DNA of 32,000 nucleotides from Sinorhizobium meliloti (GTDB lineage: Bacteria > Pseudomonadota > Alphaproteobacteria > Rhizobiales > Rhizobiaceae): NCBI RefSeq assembly GCF_017876815.1, contig NZ_JAGIOS010000001.1, positions 3,660,001 through 3,692,000 of the forward strand, read 5' to 3'. The translations under genes and the position numbers were made by a program. The notes under the pieces are model-generated. The model was not told where the DNA came from, did not search any database, and saw nothing but the letters and a program-made list of their open reading frames with translations. Every line of letters begins with the position of its first letter. Positions within the stretch are counted from its first letter, which is position 1. Positions 7,275 through 15,524 of the stretch are shown in pieces.

Positions 7275-7709
7275 CTATAAAAGGCCGAGTTCGGCGAGTT
7301 CACGCCGCAAGTCGAGCGGCATCTCCCCGCCATCGGCGAGCGAGGCAAGATCGCGCGGGGCTTCCTTCTCCTCGAGATAGCGCCAGCCCTGAAAAGCCCG
7401 ACGCGGCTGCGGTTCCGTCTCCATGACTTCCGGACCGAGAAGGAGATTGCAGCGGCCGATGCCCTCGCCGTCGGTGAAGGTCTCGATGCCGATCAGCGGC
7501 TGACGCGCCTGAACGTATCCCTTGATCACCCAATAGAGCGAACCGCCGGCGAGAAGCTCTTCCGTACGCTTCGGGACCATCCGGGTCGTGTGGAAGGAGT
7601 GCGGCTGCTGCCCGGCTGCGATCGCCGCCAGGGCCTTGCGCGCTACCCATTCGCGCAGGTCCTCGATCGATTCGGCACCGACACAGAGTTTGATGAGATG
7701 CAAAGCCAT
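7275..7709 (-). CDS. DUF1489 domain protein
   Basis: ORF track 7275..7709. MALHLIKLCVGAESIEDLREW...SLYWVIKG... matches my memory of the DUF1489 family conserved in alphaproteobacteria. Confidence 0.8.
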   Translation of the reverse strand: MALHLIKLCVGAESIEDLREWVARKALAAIAAGQQPHSFHTTRMVPKRTEELLAGGSLYWVIKGYVQARQPLIGIETFTDGEGIGRCNLLLGPEVMETEPQPRRAFQGWRYLEEKEAPRDLASLADGGEMPLDLRRELAELGLL

Positions 7710-7795
7710 GGCGAACCTTGAACACCCGGCCGGCGGCTGCGGTCAAGCCGTCCGGGCGTATTCGTCCACAGCCCCATCGGCTTCGGACTGAGCGC

Positions 7796-9196
7796 TCAGC
7801 ACTCGACCACGTTGACGGCGAGACCCCCGGTCGATGTTTCCTTGTACTTCTCGTTCATGTCCGCGCCGGTCTGGCGCATCGTCTCTATACAGGCATCGAG
7901 CGGCACGAAATGCTTGCCGTCGCCCTTGAGTGCGAGCGAAGCGGCCGTAACCGCCTTGACGGCACCAAGGGCATTGCGTTCGATGCACGGCACCTGAACG
8001 AGACCTGCGACCGGATCGCAAGTCATTCCGAGATGGTGTTCGAGCGCGATCTCGGCCGCATTCTCGATCTGCTCGGGCGTTCCACCCATGACGGCAGCAA
8101 GACCCGCCGCGGCCATCGCCGACGCCGATCCGACTTCGCCCTGACAGCCCACCTCCGCGCCTGAAATCGAGGCGTTGTGCTTGATGATGCCGCCGATCGC
8201 CGCTGCGGTCAGCAGGTAATCCCGGATGCCTTCCTGATCGGCATCGTCGTGGAAATGCAGATAGTAGCGGATCGTCGCCGGAACGACGCCGGCCGCGCCG
8301 TTGGTCGGCGAAGTCACCACCCGGCCGCCGGCAGCATTCTCCTCATTGACCGCCATGGCATAGACGCTCAACCAATCATTTGCGAGGAGAGGATTGGTCT
8401 TGTTGGAGCGCCATTCCTCCTGCAGCTTGTCGTGGATCGCCCGGGCGCGCCGGCGCACCTTCAGCCCACCAGGCATGATGCCGTCCTGGCTGAGGCCGCG
8501 ATCGATGCAACTGCTCATCGCCGTCCAGATGCGGTCGAGCCCGGCGTCGAGCTCGTCCGTCGACATGCTGCACTCTTCGTTCGCCCGCTTCATCTGGGCG
8601 ATCGTCAGCCCGGAGCGCGCGGCCATGTCGAGCATCTGCTGGGCCGTGGCAAAGGGATAGGGCACCTTTACGCCGGCGGGCTTGTTCTTCTGGGCCCTCA
8701 TCGCGTCCAGTTCCGTATCGGTCACCACGAAGCCGCCGCCGATCGAATAGTAGATGCGTTTCAGAAGGAGCCGGCCGTCCCGGTCGAAGGCGGAGAAGGA
8801 CATGCCGTTTGCATGACCCGGCAGCGGCGTCTTCTTGTCGAAGGCGAGATCGGTTTTCGGCTGGAACATATAGCCCGGGTGACCCGGCGGGGTGATGCGG
8901 CCCGTACGCTCCACCTGCTCGATGATCCCGTCCATCCCGTCCGGCTCGACGAGATCCGGCCGCTCGCCCATCAGGCCGAGAATGACCGCCCTGCCCGTTC
9001 CATGGCCGATGCCTGTATGCGCCAGCGAACCATGGAGGCTTACCTTGATGGCGCCGACAGCCGCGTGAGACGGTCGCGGCCATTCATCCGACAGGATGAG
9101 ATCGAGAAACCTGTTGGCCGCCGACATCGGCCCCATCGTGTGTGAGCTCGATGGACCGATACCGATCTTGAAAACGTCGAAGACGGAAAGAAACAT
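7796..9196 (-). CDS. sdaA: L-serine ammonia-lyase (iron-sulfur, single-chain L-serine dehydratase)
   Basis: ORF track 7796..9304. The conserved N-terminus [24 protein letters not shown] starts at the internal ATG (complement of 9194-9196). There is full-length similarity to SdaA-type dehydratases. Confidence 0.95.
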   Translation of the reverse strand: MFLSVFDVFKIGIGPSSSHTMGPMSAANRFLDLILSDEWPRPSHAAVGAIKVSLHGSLAHTGIGHGTGRAVILGLMGERPDLVEPDGMDGIIEQVERTGRITPPGHPGYMFQPKTDLAFDKKTPLPGHANGMSFSAFDRDGRLLLKRIYYSIGGGFVVTDTELDAMRAQKNKPAGVKVPYPFATAQQMLDMAARSGLTIAQMKRANEECSMSTDELDAGLDRIWTAMSSCIDRGLSQDGIMPGGLKVRRRARAIHDKLQEEWRSNKTNPLLANDWLSVYAMAVNEENAAGGRVVTSPTNGAAGVVPATIRYYLHFHDDADQEGIRDYLLTAAAIGGIIKHNASISGAEVGCQGEVGSASAMAAAGLAAVMGGTPEQIENAAEIALEHHLGMTCDPVAGLVQVPCIERNALGAVKAVTAASLALKGDGKHFVPLDACIETMRQTGADMNEKYKETSTGGLAVNVVEC

Positions 9197-9312
9197 GAAT
9201 TGCCTGCCCAGAGCCTGACGCCACGCTGCTGCCGATGAGCTCCGCGTTCGCGTCGATGATAGGACCGAAACCGACCGTTTTCCTGCTCGGGCGGTGTCGA
9301 TCATTTCCTAAT

Positions 9313-9339
9313 ATAGGATCGAACCCTAAGCGATCCTAT
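9313..9339. promoter_or_regulatory. perfect 9-bp inverted repeat upstream of sdaA (candidate operator)
   Basis: ataggatcg-N9-cgatcctat, about 120 nt upstream of the sdaA start. Confidence 0.25.
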
Positions 9340-9421
9340 GCCGATCCATCAGGCGACCGACCGACATTGGATTCTGTTCGTGCGACATGCCACTGAAGAA
9401 CTGCGCATGTGTTCGGCGATC

Positions 9422-9455
9422 AAAAAAAAGCGATGCAGCCCGTGGACTGCATCGC
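9422..9455 (-). terminator. Rho-independent terminator of the small ORF
   Basis: Minus-strand reading: GCGATGCAG-tccacgg-CTGCATCGC followed by TTTTTTTT. It begins 19 nt after the small-ORF stop codon. Confidence 0.75.
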
Positions 9456-9474
9456 CTGACATTTCAATCTATCT

Positions 9475-9576
9475 TCAGAAGCCGCCGAAGAGATAGGCGA
9501 GAACGAGAACACCCCCGAAACCCGCCACGGCGCGAACCGTCACGCCCCAGCACGACTTCTCTACTGTTTTGTCCAT
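9475..9576 (-). CDS. 33-aa hydrophobic small protein (below the ORF-track size cutoff)
   Basis: My translation is MDKTVEKSCWGVTVRAVAGFGGVLVLAYLFGGF*. A GGAGA Shine-Dalgarno lies 4 nt upstream of the ATG (complement of 9574-9576). There is one predicted TM helix and a dedicated terminator directly downstream. Confidence 0.5.
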   Translation of the reverse strand: MDKTVEKSCWGVTVRAVAGFGGVLVLAYLFGGF

Positions 9577-9602
9577 GATGTCTCCGAATACCGAAGCCCG
9601 GT

Positions 9603-9627
9603 AACCATTAAGTCGTGTGGCCGTTCA
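9603..9627 (-). promoter_or_regulatory. partial EcfG-type promoter match upstream of the small ORF
   Basis: Minus strand TGAAC-N16-GGTT compared with the consensus GGAAC-N16/17-CGTT. The -10 element ends 26 nt upstream of the ATG. Confidence 0.25.
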
Positions 9628-9841
9628 ATAGCGAAGAATCTGTTAACACGCAATGGTGAAATATGGCGAAATAGTGTCAGAGCGATGCGGGACACCTTGG
9701 GCGCGGACACGAAGCCGTGTGCAAGCGGCGGAATCCCGGAGCGCCCGGCTCGATGCTCGCGCCTCGATTTCGCCGTGAGTCTTAAGACAGGCCAACATGG
9801 GCCCATCTTGCATTTTCGGACGGCCGTGCCAAAACACCGCT

Positions 9842-10531
9842 ATGACCTCTGAAGATTACGTCGCGCTCGCCATCTTCGTCCTCCTCTGGGCCGGCTTCAG
9901 CTGGGCTTCCGACGGGGGGCGCGGCTTCGACCGCGTCAGCCTTACGCGTTTGATGAACGAGCACAGGGCGCGCTGGATCCGCAATTCGCTCAATCGCGAT
10001 CTGAAGATGATCGACACGCAGATCATCGCCGGGCTGCAGGCCGGTACCGCCTTCTTCGCCTCGACGACGATCTTCGCGCTCGGCGGTTGTTTCGCATTGC
10101 TCGGCGCGACCGACCAAGTGCAGATGATCTTTAGCGATCTGCCACAAATATTCCGAAGCGGGCGGACGGCCTTCGAACTGAAAGTCGGCGGTCTGACCTG
10201 CCTCTTCGGCTATTCCTTCTTCAAGTTCGGTTGGTCATACCGGCTGTTCAACTACTGCTCGATTCTGATGGGCGGCATTCCGATGACGGCGGACATGAAA
10301 CGCGACCAGAAGGCCGCCGAGCGTGCCGCAGAGCGTGCGATCCGCATGAACATACTTGCGGCCAAGCACTTCAATGCCGGCCTTCGGGCGATCTTCCTGT
10401 CGATCGGCTATCTCGGCTGGTTCATAAGCCCCTATGTGTTCATGGTGCTGACCGCCCTCGTGATCTTCGTCCTCGCGCGCCGGCAGTTCTTCTCCGAAGC
10501 GCGCGCCGCGCTGATCGAGAATGCGCAATAG
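9842..10531 (+). CDS. DUF599 family membrane protein
   Basis: ORF track 9797..10531. The likely start is the ATG at 9842 (MTSEDYVALAIFVLLW...). It has multiple TM helices, and the family is assigned from memory. Confidence 0.8.
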   Translation: MTSEDYVALAIFVLLWAGFSWASDGGRGFDRVSLTRLMNEHRARWIRNSLNRDLKMIDTQIIAGLQAGTAFFASTTIFALGGCFALLGATDQVQMIFSDLPQIFRSGRTAFELKVGGLTCLFGYSFFKFGWSYRLFNYCSILMGGIPMTADMKRDQKAAERAAERAIRMNILAAKHFNAGLRAIFLSIGYLGWFISPYVFMVLTALVIFVLARRQFFSEARAALIENAQ

Positions 10532-10671
10532 GCTGCAGCAACCGATTGCACCCGGCCCGCGGTTTGCGGTAACCGACCGAATGACTGGCGGCCCTCATTT
10601 CAACATATTCGCGACGCGACTGAAATGAGGCGCCCTCGTAGATCCACCTCCAGCAGCAGAGCGATTCTTCG

Positions 10672-11685
10672 ATGTCCGAACATAGCGCGACGACGACCCC
10701 TAAAGCGCAAATGCGCACGGAGGCGACCGGAACCAACCGGATGGTTCTCCTGGATGCGCTGCGCGGCCTGGCACTCGTCGCCATGGCCCTCTATCACTTT
10801 GTCTGGGACCTCGAATTCTTCGGCTATGTCGCGGCCGGGACCGGCGGCTGGCGGATGTTTGCACGCTTGATTGCCAGCAGCTTCCTGTTTCTTGCCGGTT
10901 ACAGCCTCGTGCTCGGCCAGCTCCCGAAACTCCGTCCGCGCGCCTTCGCCATACGTTTCGCGAAGATCGCCGGCGCAGCCGCGCTGATCAGCATCGGGAC
11001 CTGGTTCGCCTTCCCTCAGTCGTTCATCTTCTTCGGCATTCTCCACGCCATTGCGGCGGCAAGCCTCGTCGGCCTCCTGTTCCTGAAAATGCCGGCCGCC
11101 GTTTCCTTTCTTGCCGCTGCCGCGGCCTTCGCGGCTCCCCTCTATCTGCGCTCGTCGTTTTTCGACATGCCGGCGCTCTGGTGGGTCGGCCTCTCGGAAA
11201 CGATCCCGCGCTCGAATGACTACGTTCCTCTGCTTCCCTGGATTGCCCCTTTCCTGCTCGGCCTCGGCACCGCGAAGCTGCTCCACCCGTTATTTTCCGC
11301 CCGCCGCAGCCGAAGCGCCGGGACCCATAAGCACCCGTGGATGACGCCTCTCGCCTTTGGCGGCCGTCACAGCCTTTTGATATATCTCATCCACCAGCCG
11401 CTGCTTATCGCGGCAGTCTATCTCTTCTCTCTCGCCGTTCCCGCCCCGGCACCGGATCCGGCACGGGTCTATCTGCTGAACTGCGAACGGGCCTGCAGCA
11501 ACGAAAATTCCGGGATCTCCTGCAGCACCTTTTGCGGTTGCACGCTCGCCGGCCTGAAGGAACAGAACCTGTTCGACGATCTGAACCTGGGCAAGATCGA
11601 CGTGAACACGGATGAACGCATTGCGCGAATCGCCGGTCAGTGCACAATGGATGCACAATCAGGAGAGGCACAGTCAGGGGACTAG
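10672..11685 (+). CDS. DUF1624 / heparan-alpha-glucosaminide N-acetyltransferase-like membrane protein with a Cys-rich C-terminal extension
   Basis: ORF track 10672..11685. It has an N-terminal RMVLLDALRGLALVAMALYHF signature and many TM helices. The C-terminal tail is soluble: CERACSNENSGISCSTFCGCTLAGL... Confidence 0.8.
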   Translation: MSEHSATTTPKAQMRTEATGTNRMVLLDALRGLALVAMALYHFVWDLEFFGYVAAGTGGWRMFARLIASSFLFLAGYSLVLGQLPKLRPRAFAIRFAKIAGAAALISIGTWFAFPQSFIFFGILHAIAAASLVGLLFLKMPAAVSFLAAAAAFAAPLYLRSSFFDMPALWWVGLSETIPRSNDYVPLLPWIAPFLLGLGTAKLLHPLFSARRSRSAGTHKHPWMTPLAFGGRHSLLIYLIHQPLLIAAVYLFSLAVPAPAPDPARVYLLNCERACSNENSGISCSTFCGCTLAGLKEQNLFDDLNLGKIDVNTDERIARIAGQCTMDAQSGEAQSGD

Positions 11686-11688
11686 GAC

Positions 11689-12162
11689 ATGAATGCCTTT
11701 CGTGCCAAGCCGCTGAAGTTTCCATGGCCGCCTCTGCTCTATGGCGCGGCCGTCCTGATCGCGCTGGCCCTGGGCCACCTTTTCCCGATTCCGGTGGCGC
11801 ACCAGCACAGTTGGATCCTCTCGCTGGTGGGCTACGGCCTCGTGGTGCTGGCGATCACCATCGATCTCTGGGCCGTCAAAACCCTCCTTGACCGCCATAC
11901 AGCCGTACTTCCGAACCGGTGCGCCACCTGCCTCGTCACCTGCGGCCCATTTCGTTTCACCCGCAACCCGATCTATTTCAGCTACACGCTGGCGATGACC
12001 GGCCTCGGATTGGCGACGATCAACCCCTGGTTCTTCATCACGGCAATTGCGGCGGTCGGATTGACCACCCTTTTCGCGATCCGCAAGGAGGAGCGGCACC
12101 TGCTGTCGCGCTTCGGTTTCGAGTTCGAGCGATATTGCCGGCACACTAGCCGTTGGATTTGA
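11689..12162 (+). CDS. isoprenylcysteine carboxyl methyltransferase (ICMT/PEMT-like) family membrane methyltransferase
   Basis: ORF track 11689..12162. It has the GPFRFTRNPIYFSY motif and four TM helices, and it starts 3 nt after the preceding stop codon. Confidence 0.85.
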   Translation: MNAFRAKPLKFPWPPLLYGAAVLIALALGHLFPIPVAHQHSWILSLVGYGLVVLAITIDLWAVKTLLDRHTAVLPNRCATCLVTCGPFRFTRNPIYFSYTLAMTGLGLATINPWFFITAIAAVGLTTLFAIRKEERHLLSRFGFEFERYCRHTSRWI

Positions 12163-12187
12163 GCGGACATGGAAGAGTCTGCCTTTT

Positions 12188-12283
12188 CCTCATCGTGCAC
12201 GCCACAGGGATCCAGAAGCGCCGTCTGCGGCGCGGAAGCGTCCGTTCAGCTGGCTGGATTCATGTGACACGCAGGAATGGGGG
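12188..12283. repeat. RIME-like repeat, truncated and diverged module B copy
   Basis: cctcatcgtgcacgccacagggatccagaagcgccgtctgcggcgcggaagcgtccgttcagc...ctggattcatgtgacacgcaggaatgggg aligns to the module B copies at 2334-2451 and 15973-16089, with an internal deletion. It lies between convergent genes. Confidence 0.6.
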
Positions 12284-12387
12284 AGTTTTGGGGGCGGTAC
12301 GCGAGCGTTCGCGCGCGGATTATGCGAGCCGTCTTTCGCTGATTGCATTGGCTTGCGAAACGAACGGGCAAAAACTCAAACGGACCG

Positions 12388-12774
12388 TCAGGTGCCGACA
12401 CCGATTTCGGCAAGACGCGTGAGGCAGGCCTCTTCGACATTGTCGAGTTCGCTAAGTGTGTCTTCGATGTCCTTGCGCTTCTGCCGCAAGTCCTCGCGCT
12501 TCTCCTCGACGCGTTTGATCAAGAGCTGCAACTGGCCCATTTCACCCGGCGGATCCTTGTAGACCTGAATGATCTCGCGAATTTCGGCAATGGTGAAGCC
12601 AATGCGCCGGCCACGCAGGATCTCCTTTATGAGGTGCCTGTCGGCGGGGCGGAACAGACGCGTGCGGCCACGACGCTCCGGATGAATCAGTCCCTCATCC
12701 TCATAGAAGCGCAGTGTCCGGGTCGAGATGCCGAATTCCCGGGTCAGCTCGGTAATGCTATAATATTTGTTCAC
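12388..12774 (-). CDS. MerR family transcriptional regulator
   Basis: ORF track 12388..12774 with a GTG start. It has the N-terminal HTH YSITELTREFGISTRTLRFYEDEGLI and a coiled-coil C-terminal half. Confidence 0.9.
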   Translation of the reverse strand: MNKYYSITELTREFGISTRTLRFYEDEGLIHPERRGRTRLFRPADRHLIKEILRGRRIGFTIAEIREIIQVYKDPPGEMGQLQLLIKRVEEKREDLRQKRKDIEDTLSELDNVEEACLTRLAEIGVGT

Positions 12775-12800
12775 GCAGCCATTCCATCAAAGACGCGCCC

Positions 12801-12831
12801 TAACTATTGTTGACTTTGACGTAAAAGTCAA
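12801..12831 (-). promoter_or_regulatory. MerR-type promoter: -35 TTGACT, 19-bp spacer containing a dyad, -10 TAGTTA
   Basis: Minus-strand reading: TTGACT-tttacgtcaaagtcaacaa-TAGTTA. The dyad is ttgacttt (12810-12817) / aaagtcaa (12824-12831). The -10 element lies 27 nt upstream of the GTG start. Confidence 0.5.
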
Positions 12832-12858
12832 ACACGGCGCGCCCGCTTGCGTCGCAAC

Positions 12859-14280
12859 TCAGCTAATACTGAACCACCATGTCGCGATGCCGAGAAAGCT
12901 GAAGAAGCCGGTTATGTCGGTGACGGTCGTCACGAAGACGGCGGAGGAGACCGCCGGGTCGGCACCGTATCTTTCGAGCAGAATCGGGATCAGGATGCCG
13001 GCGAGTGCGGCGGCCATCATGTTGATCAGCATCGCGGTCGCGATGATGCCGCCGAGGTCGGGATTCTGGAACCAAAGTCCCGCAACAAGACCGATGAACC
13101 CACCGAAGATCACGCCGTTCAGGAGTCCGACGCCCGCCTCGCGGCGGATGATTCTCGGCGCGTTGTGAATATCGAGCCCCCGGGTCGCGAGCGCACGCAC
13201 CGTTACGGTCATGGTTTGCGATCCGGCATTGCCGCCCATTCCTGCGACGATCGGCATCAGGACCGCAAGTGCAACGATCTGCTGGATCGTGGCGTCGAAC
13301 AGGCCGATGACCGAAGCAGAAACGCAAGCCGTCATCGAGTTGATGAAAAGCCAGGGAACGCGTGAGCGCGCGGCTTCCGCGACCGAGTCCGACAGTTCTT
13401 CGTCACCGACGCCGCTCAGGCGCAGGAAATCCTCTTCCGCCTCTTCTTGGATCACGTCGACCACGTCGTCGATCGTCAACACGCCGACGAGCCGGCCGTT
13501 TTCATCGACGACGGCGGCCGAGAGAAGGTCGTACTGTTCAAACAGCTGCGCCGCCTCCTCCTGGTCCATTTCCGCCGGCACGGAATGGCTGGTATCACGC
13601 ATGATCGCATCGATCTTTACCGAGCGCTTCGCGCGCAGCACCCGGTCCAGATCGACTGCCCCGAGCAGCTTGAAAGTCGGATCGATGACGAAGATCTGCG
13701 TGAAGCTTTCGGGAAGGTCGTCGTCCTCGCGCATGTAATCGATCGTCTGGCCGACGGTCCAGAAAGGCGGCACCGCGACGAACTCGGTCTGCATGCGCCG
13801 CCCGGCGGTGCTCTCCGGATAGTCGAGCGAGCGGCGCAGGCGGACGCGCTCGGTAAAGGGCAGCTTGGCGAGGATCTCTTCCTGATCCTCCTCGTCGAGA
13901 TCCTCGAGAATGTAGACCGCGTCATCGGAATCCATCTCGCCGATCGCCTCGGCAATCTGCTCGTTCGGCAGATGTTCGACGATGTCGAGACGGATTCCTT
14001 CATCGACCTCGGTCAGCGCAGCCAGGTCGAAGTCCTTGCCGAGCAGCAGAACCAGAGCGATACGCTGCTCCGGCTGGATCGCCTCGATAAGGTCACCGAG
14101 TTCCGAGGCATGGAGGCCGGCGACATGCTGGCGAAGATAAATGGTATCGCGATCCGCGATCGCGGCGCCGACATGCATCAGGAAATCGGAGCGTACCGAC
14201 CCGTCTTCGGCGTAGATGTCCGAGCCGTCGTGGACAGCGATTTCGTCGGAACCGCGGTCGTCGTCGCCGGTGCTGCTCAT
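12859..14280 (-). CDS. mgtE: magnesium transporter MgtE
   Basis: ORF track 12859..14280. It has the N-domain, tandem CBS region and TM domain, with PIVAGMGGNAGSQT and TDITGFFSFLG signatures. A GGAGGGG Shine-Dalgarno lies upstream. Confidence 0.95.
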   Translation of the reverse strand: MSSTGDDDRGSDEIAVHDGSDIYAEDGSVRSDFLMHVGAAIADRDTIYLRQHVAGLHASELGDLIEAIQPEQRIALVLLLGKDFDLAALTEVDEGIRLDIVEHLPNEQIAEAIGEMDSDDAVYILEDLDEEDQEEILAKLPFTERVRLRRSLDYPESTAGRRMQTEFVAVPPFWTVGQTIDYMREDDDLPESFTQIFVIDPTFKLLGAVDLDRVLRAKRSVKIDAIMRDTSHSVPAEMDQEEAAQLFEQYDLLSAAVVDENGRLVGVLTIDDVVDVIQEEAEEDFLRLSGVGDEELSDSVAEAARSRVPWLFINSMTACVSASVIGLFDATIQQIVALAVLMPIVAGMGGNAGSQTMTVTVRALATRGLDIHNAPRIIRREAGVGLLNGVIFGGFIGLVAGLWFQNPDLGGIIATAMLINMMAAALAGILIPILLERYGADPAVSSAVFVTTVTDITGFFSFLGIATWWFSIS

Positions 14281-14503
14281 GGACCCGCCCCTCCAGAGAT
14301 TACCGCCGTCCGAGCCCGCGCCGGAAACGGCTCCTCTGCCCTGCTAGCGTAAAGCTCCGCCTGCGTCCACAGTCGAGACGAGATCGGCGATCCGCCTCGG
14401 AACATTTATCCAAGCTGTTGCAAAAACATATGAAATGATGAAACGAATGTGAGAATCCTAATGGGCGCCGGCCCGACCACTGACCCGAGCAGAGACATTC
14501 CTC

Positions 14504-15022
14504 ATGGCCGTCCGACCGATCATACGCTTTCCAAGCCCGCTGCTGACGACGTCAACCGAACGGATCGGCCGGTTCGATGGCACACTTCGCCAGCTATCAG
14601 ACGATCTCGTCGACACGATGCGCGCCGCCCCCGGCATAGGCATCACCGCGTCCCACATCGGCATCCTGCAGCGGCTGACGGTCATCGAAGTCGATCCGCA
14701 AATGGGACCGCGCAGCTTCGTCAACCCGGAAGTCGTCTGGCAATCGAGCGAGACGGCGCGGCACAGCGAGGGCAGCGTCTCAATGCCGGGTGTCGCCGAA
14801 GAAGTGGAGCGGCCGGTGCGCGTGCGCATCAGCTTCCAAACTCTGGACGGCGAGACACGCGAGGAAGAAGCCGAGGGACTGATGGCGGTCTGCCTGCAGC
14901 ATGAGATCGACCAGCTCAACGGTATCTTCTGGATTCGGCGGCTTTCCAGGCTAAAGCGCGAACGCGCCGTCAAGCGGTTCGAAAAATTTAACCGAGCCGA
15001 AGCTTTTCCCGGCACGCAATGA
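14504..15022 (+). CDS. peptide deformylase-like protein (degenerate active site)
   Basis: ORF track 14504..15022. The three PDF motifs are present but altered: GIGITASH (canonical GxGxAAxQ), EGSVS (canonical EGCLS) and QHEIDQL (canonical HExxH). No fmt gene follows. Confidence 0.9.
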   Translation: MAVRPIIRFPSPLLTTSTERIGRFDGTLRQLSDDLVDTMRAAPGIGITASHIGILQRLTVIEVDPQMGPRSFVNPEVVWQSSETARHSEGSVSMPGVAEEVERPVRVRISFQTLDGETREEEAEGLMAVCLQHEIDQLNGIFWIRRLSRLKRERAVKRFEKFNRAEAFPGTQ

Positions 15023-15101
15023 TTGCGGCACCCCTTCGATCTGCCGTAAACCGTTTTCCGGTCGGCCACCGGCTCCAAAATAGCAAGGCGAAGGACAATC
15101 G

Positions 15102-15368
15102 ATGAAGAAAATAGCCCTGATGCTTCTCTGCGCGGTTGCGCTTGCAGCCTGCACCGCAACCCCTCCCGACCTGGAGCCGCTTCCCGGAAGCCTCACCCAT
15201 GGAGAAACAGCCTCCTCTCGGAAGACCCGTGCCGCCCCGGGGACCATGATCCAGAACCGGTTCCTCCATAAGGGCACCATGGTCTTCGAGACCTATGAGG
15301 TTCAACCCGACCATACATATAAGCTCGTTCGCCGCAGCGTGGCCGACTCCTGGCCGCCCGGCGACTGA
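15102..15368 (+). CDS. small lipoprotein
   Basis: ORF track 15102..15368. It has the signal peptide and lipobox MKKIALMLLCAVALAAC, with an AAGGA Shine-Dalgarno upstream. Confidence 0.7.
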   Translation: MKKIALMLLCAVALAACTATPPDLEPLPGSLTHGETASSRKTRAAPGTMIQNRFLHKGTMVFETYEVQPDHTYKLVRRSVADSWPPGD

Positions 15369-15372
15369 TCAC

Positions 15373-15398
15373 GGAACATTGTCGGCCTCCGCTCCGTT
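15373..15398 (+). promoter_or_regulatory. EcfG (RpoE2)-type general stress response promoter
   Basis: GGAAC (15373-15377), 17 nt, CGTT (15395-15398). This is an exact match to GGAAC-N16/17-CGTT. It lies upstream of ORF 15525..15878. Confidence 0.55.
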
Positions 15399-15403
15399 CC
15401 CTA

Positions 15404-15503
15404 CTGCATGTATCCTCGGATCCTAGCCGGTCCAAGGACAAAAAAATGCAGCAATTCAAGGTGCTACACCGACCTTTCGCCTCCTTGAGGCGCGGCGCTG
15501 TAG
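15404..15503. repeat. RIME-like repeat, module A copy 2 (within the putative 5' UTR of the 15525 gene)
   Basis: ctgcatgtatcctcggatcctagccggtccaaggacaaaaaaatgcagcaattcaaggtgctacaccgacctttcgc aligns with 2227-2305. Confidence 0.6.
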
Positions 15504-15524
15504 ATAGCCAGTGGAGTCAAAGCG

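Noticed and set aside
8177-9145. 322-aa plus-strand ORF and 235-aa minus-strand ORF overlapping sdaA
   Set aside because: The sdaA frame is unambiguous. The alternatives are Arg/Ala/His-rich shadow frames.
14281-14503. M-box (Mg2+) riboswitch or other leader upstream of mgtE
   Set aside because: I could not recognise any M-box conserved helices in the 220-nt divergent spacer. The region looks like ordinary divergent promoters. A cmsearch would be needed to exclude it formally.
15373-15400. Minus-strand reading of the quasi-palindromic GGAAC...GTTCC sequence as a promoter pointing at the lipoprotein gene
   Set aside because: On the minus strand the -10 element would be TGTT rather than CGTT, and transcription would be antisense to the lipoprotein gene. 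The plus-strand reading is the exact consensus and has a downstream gene.
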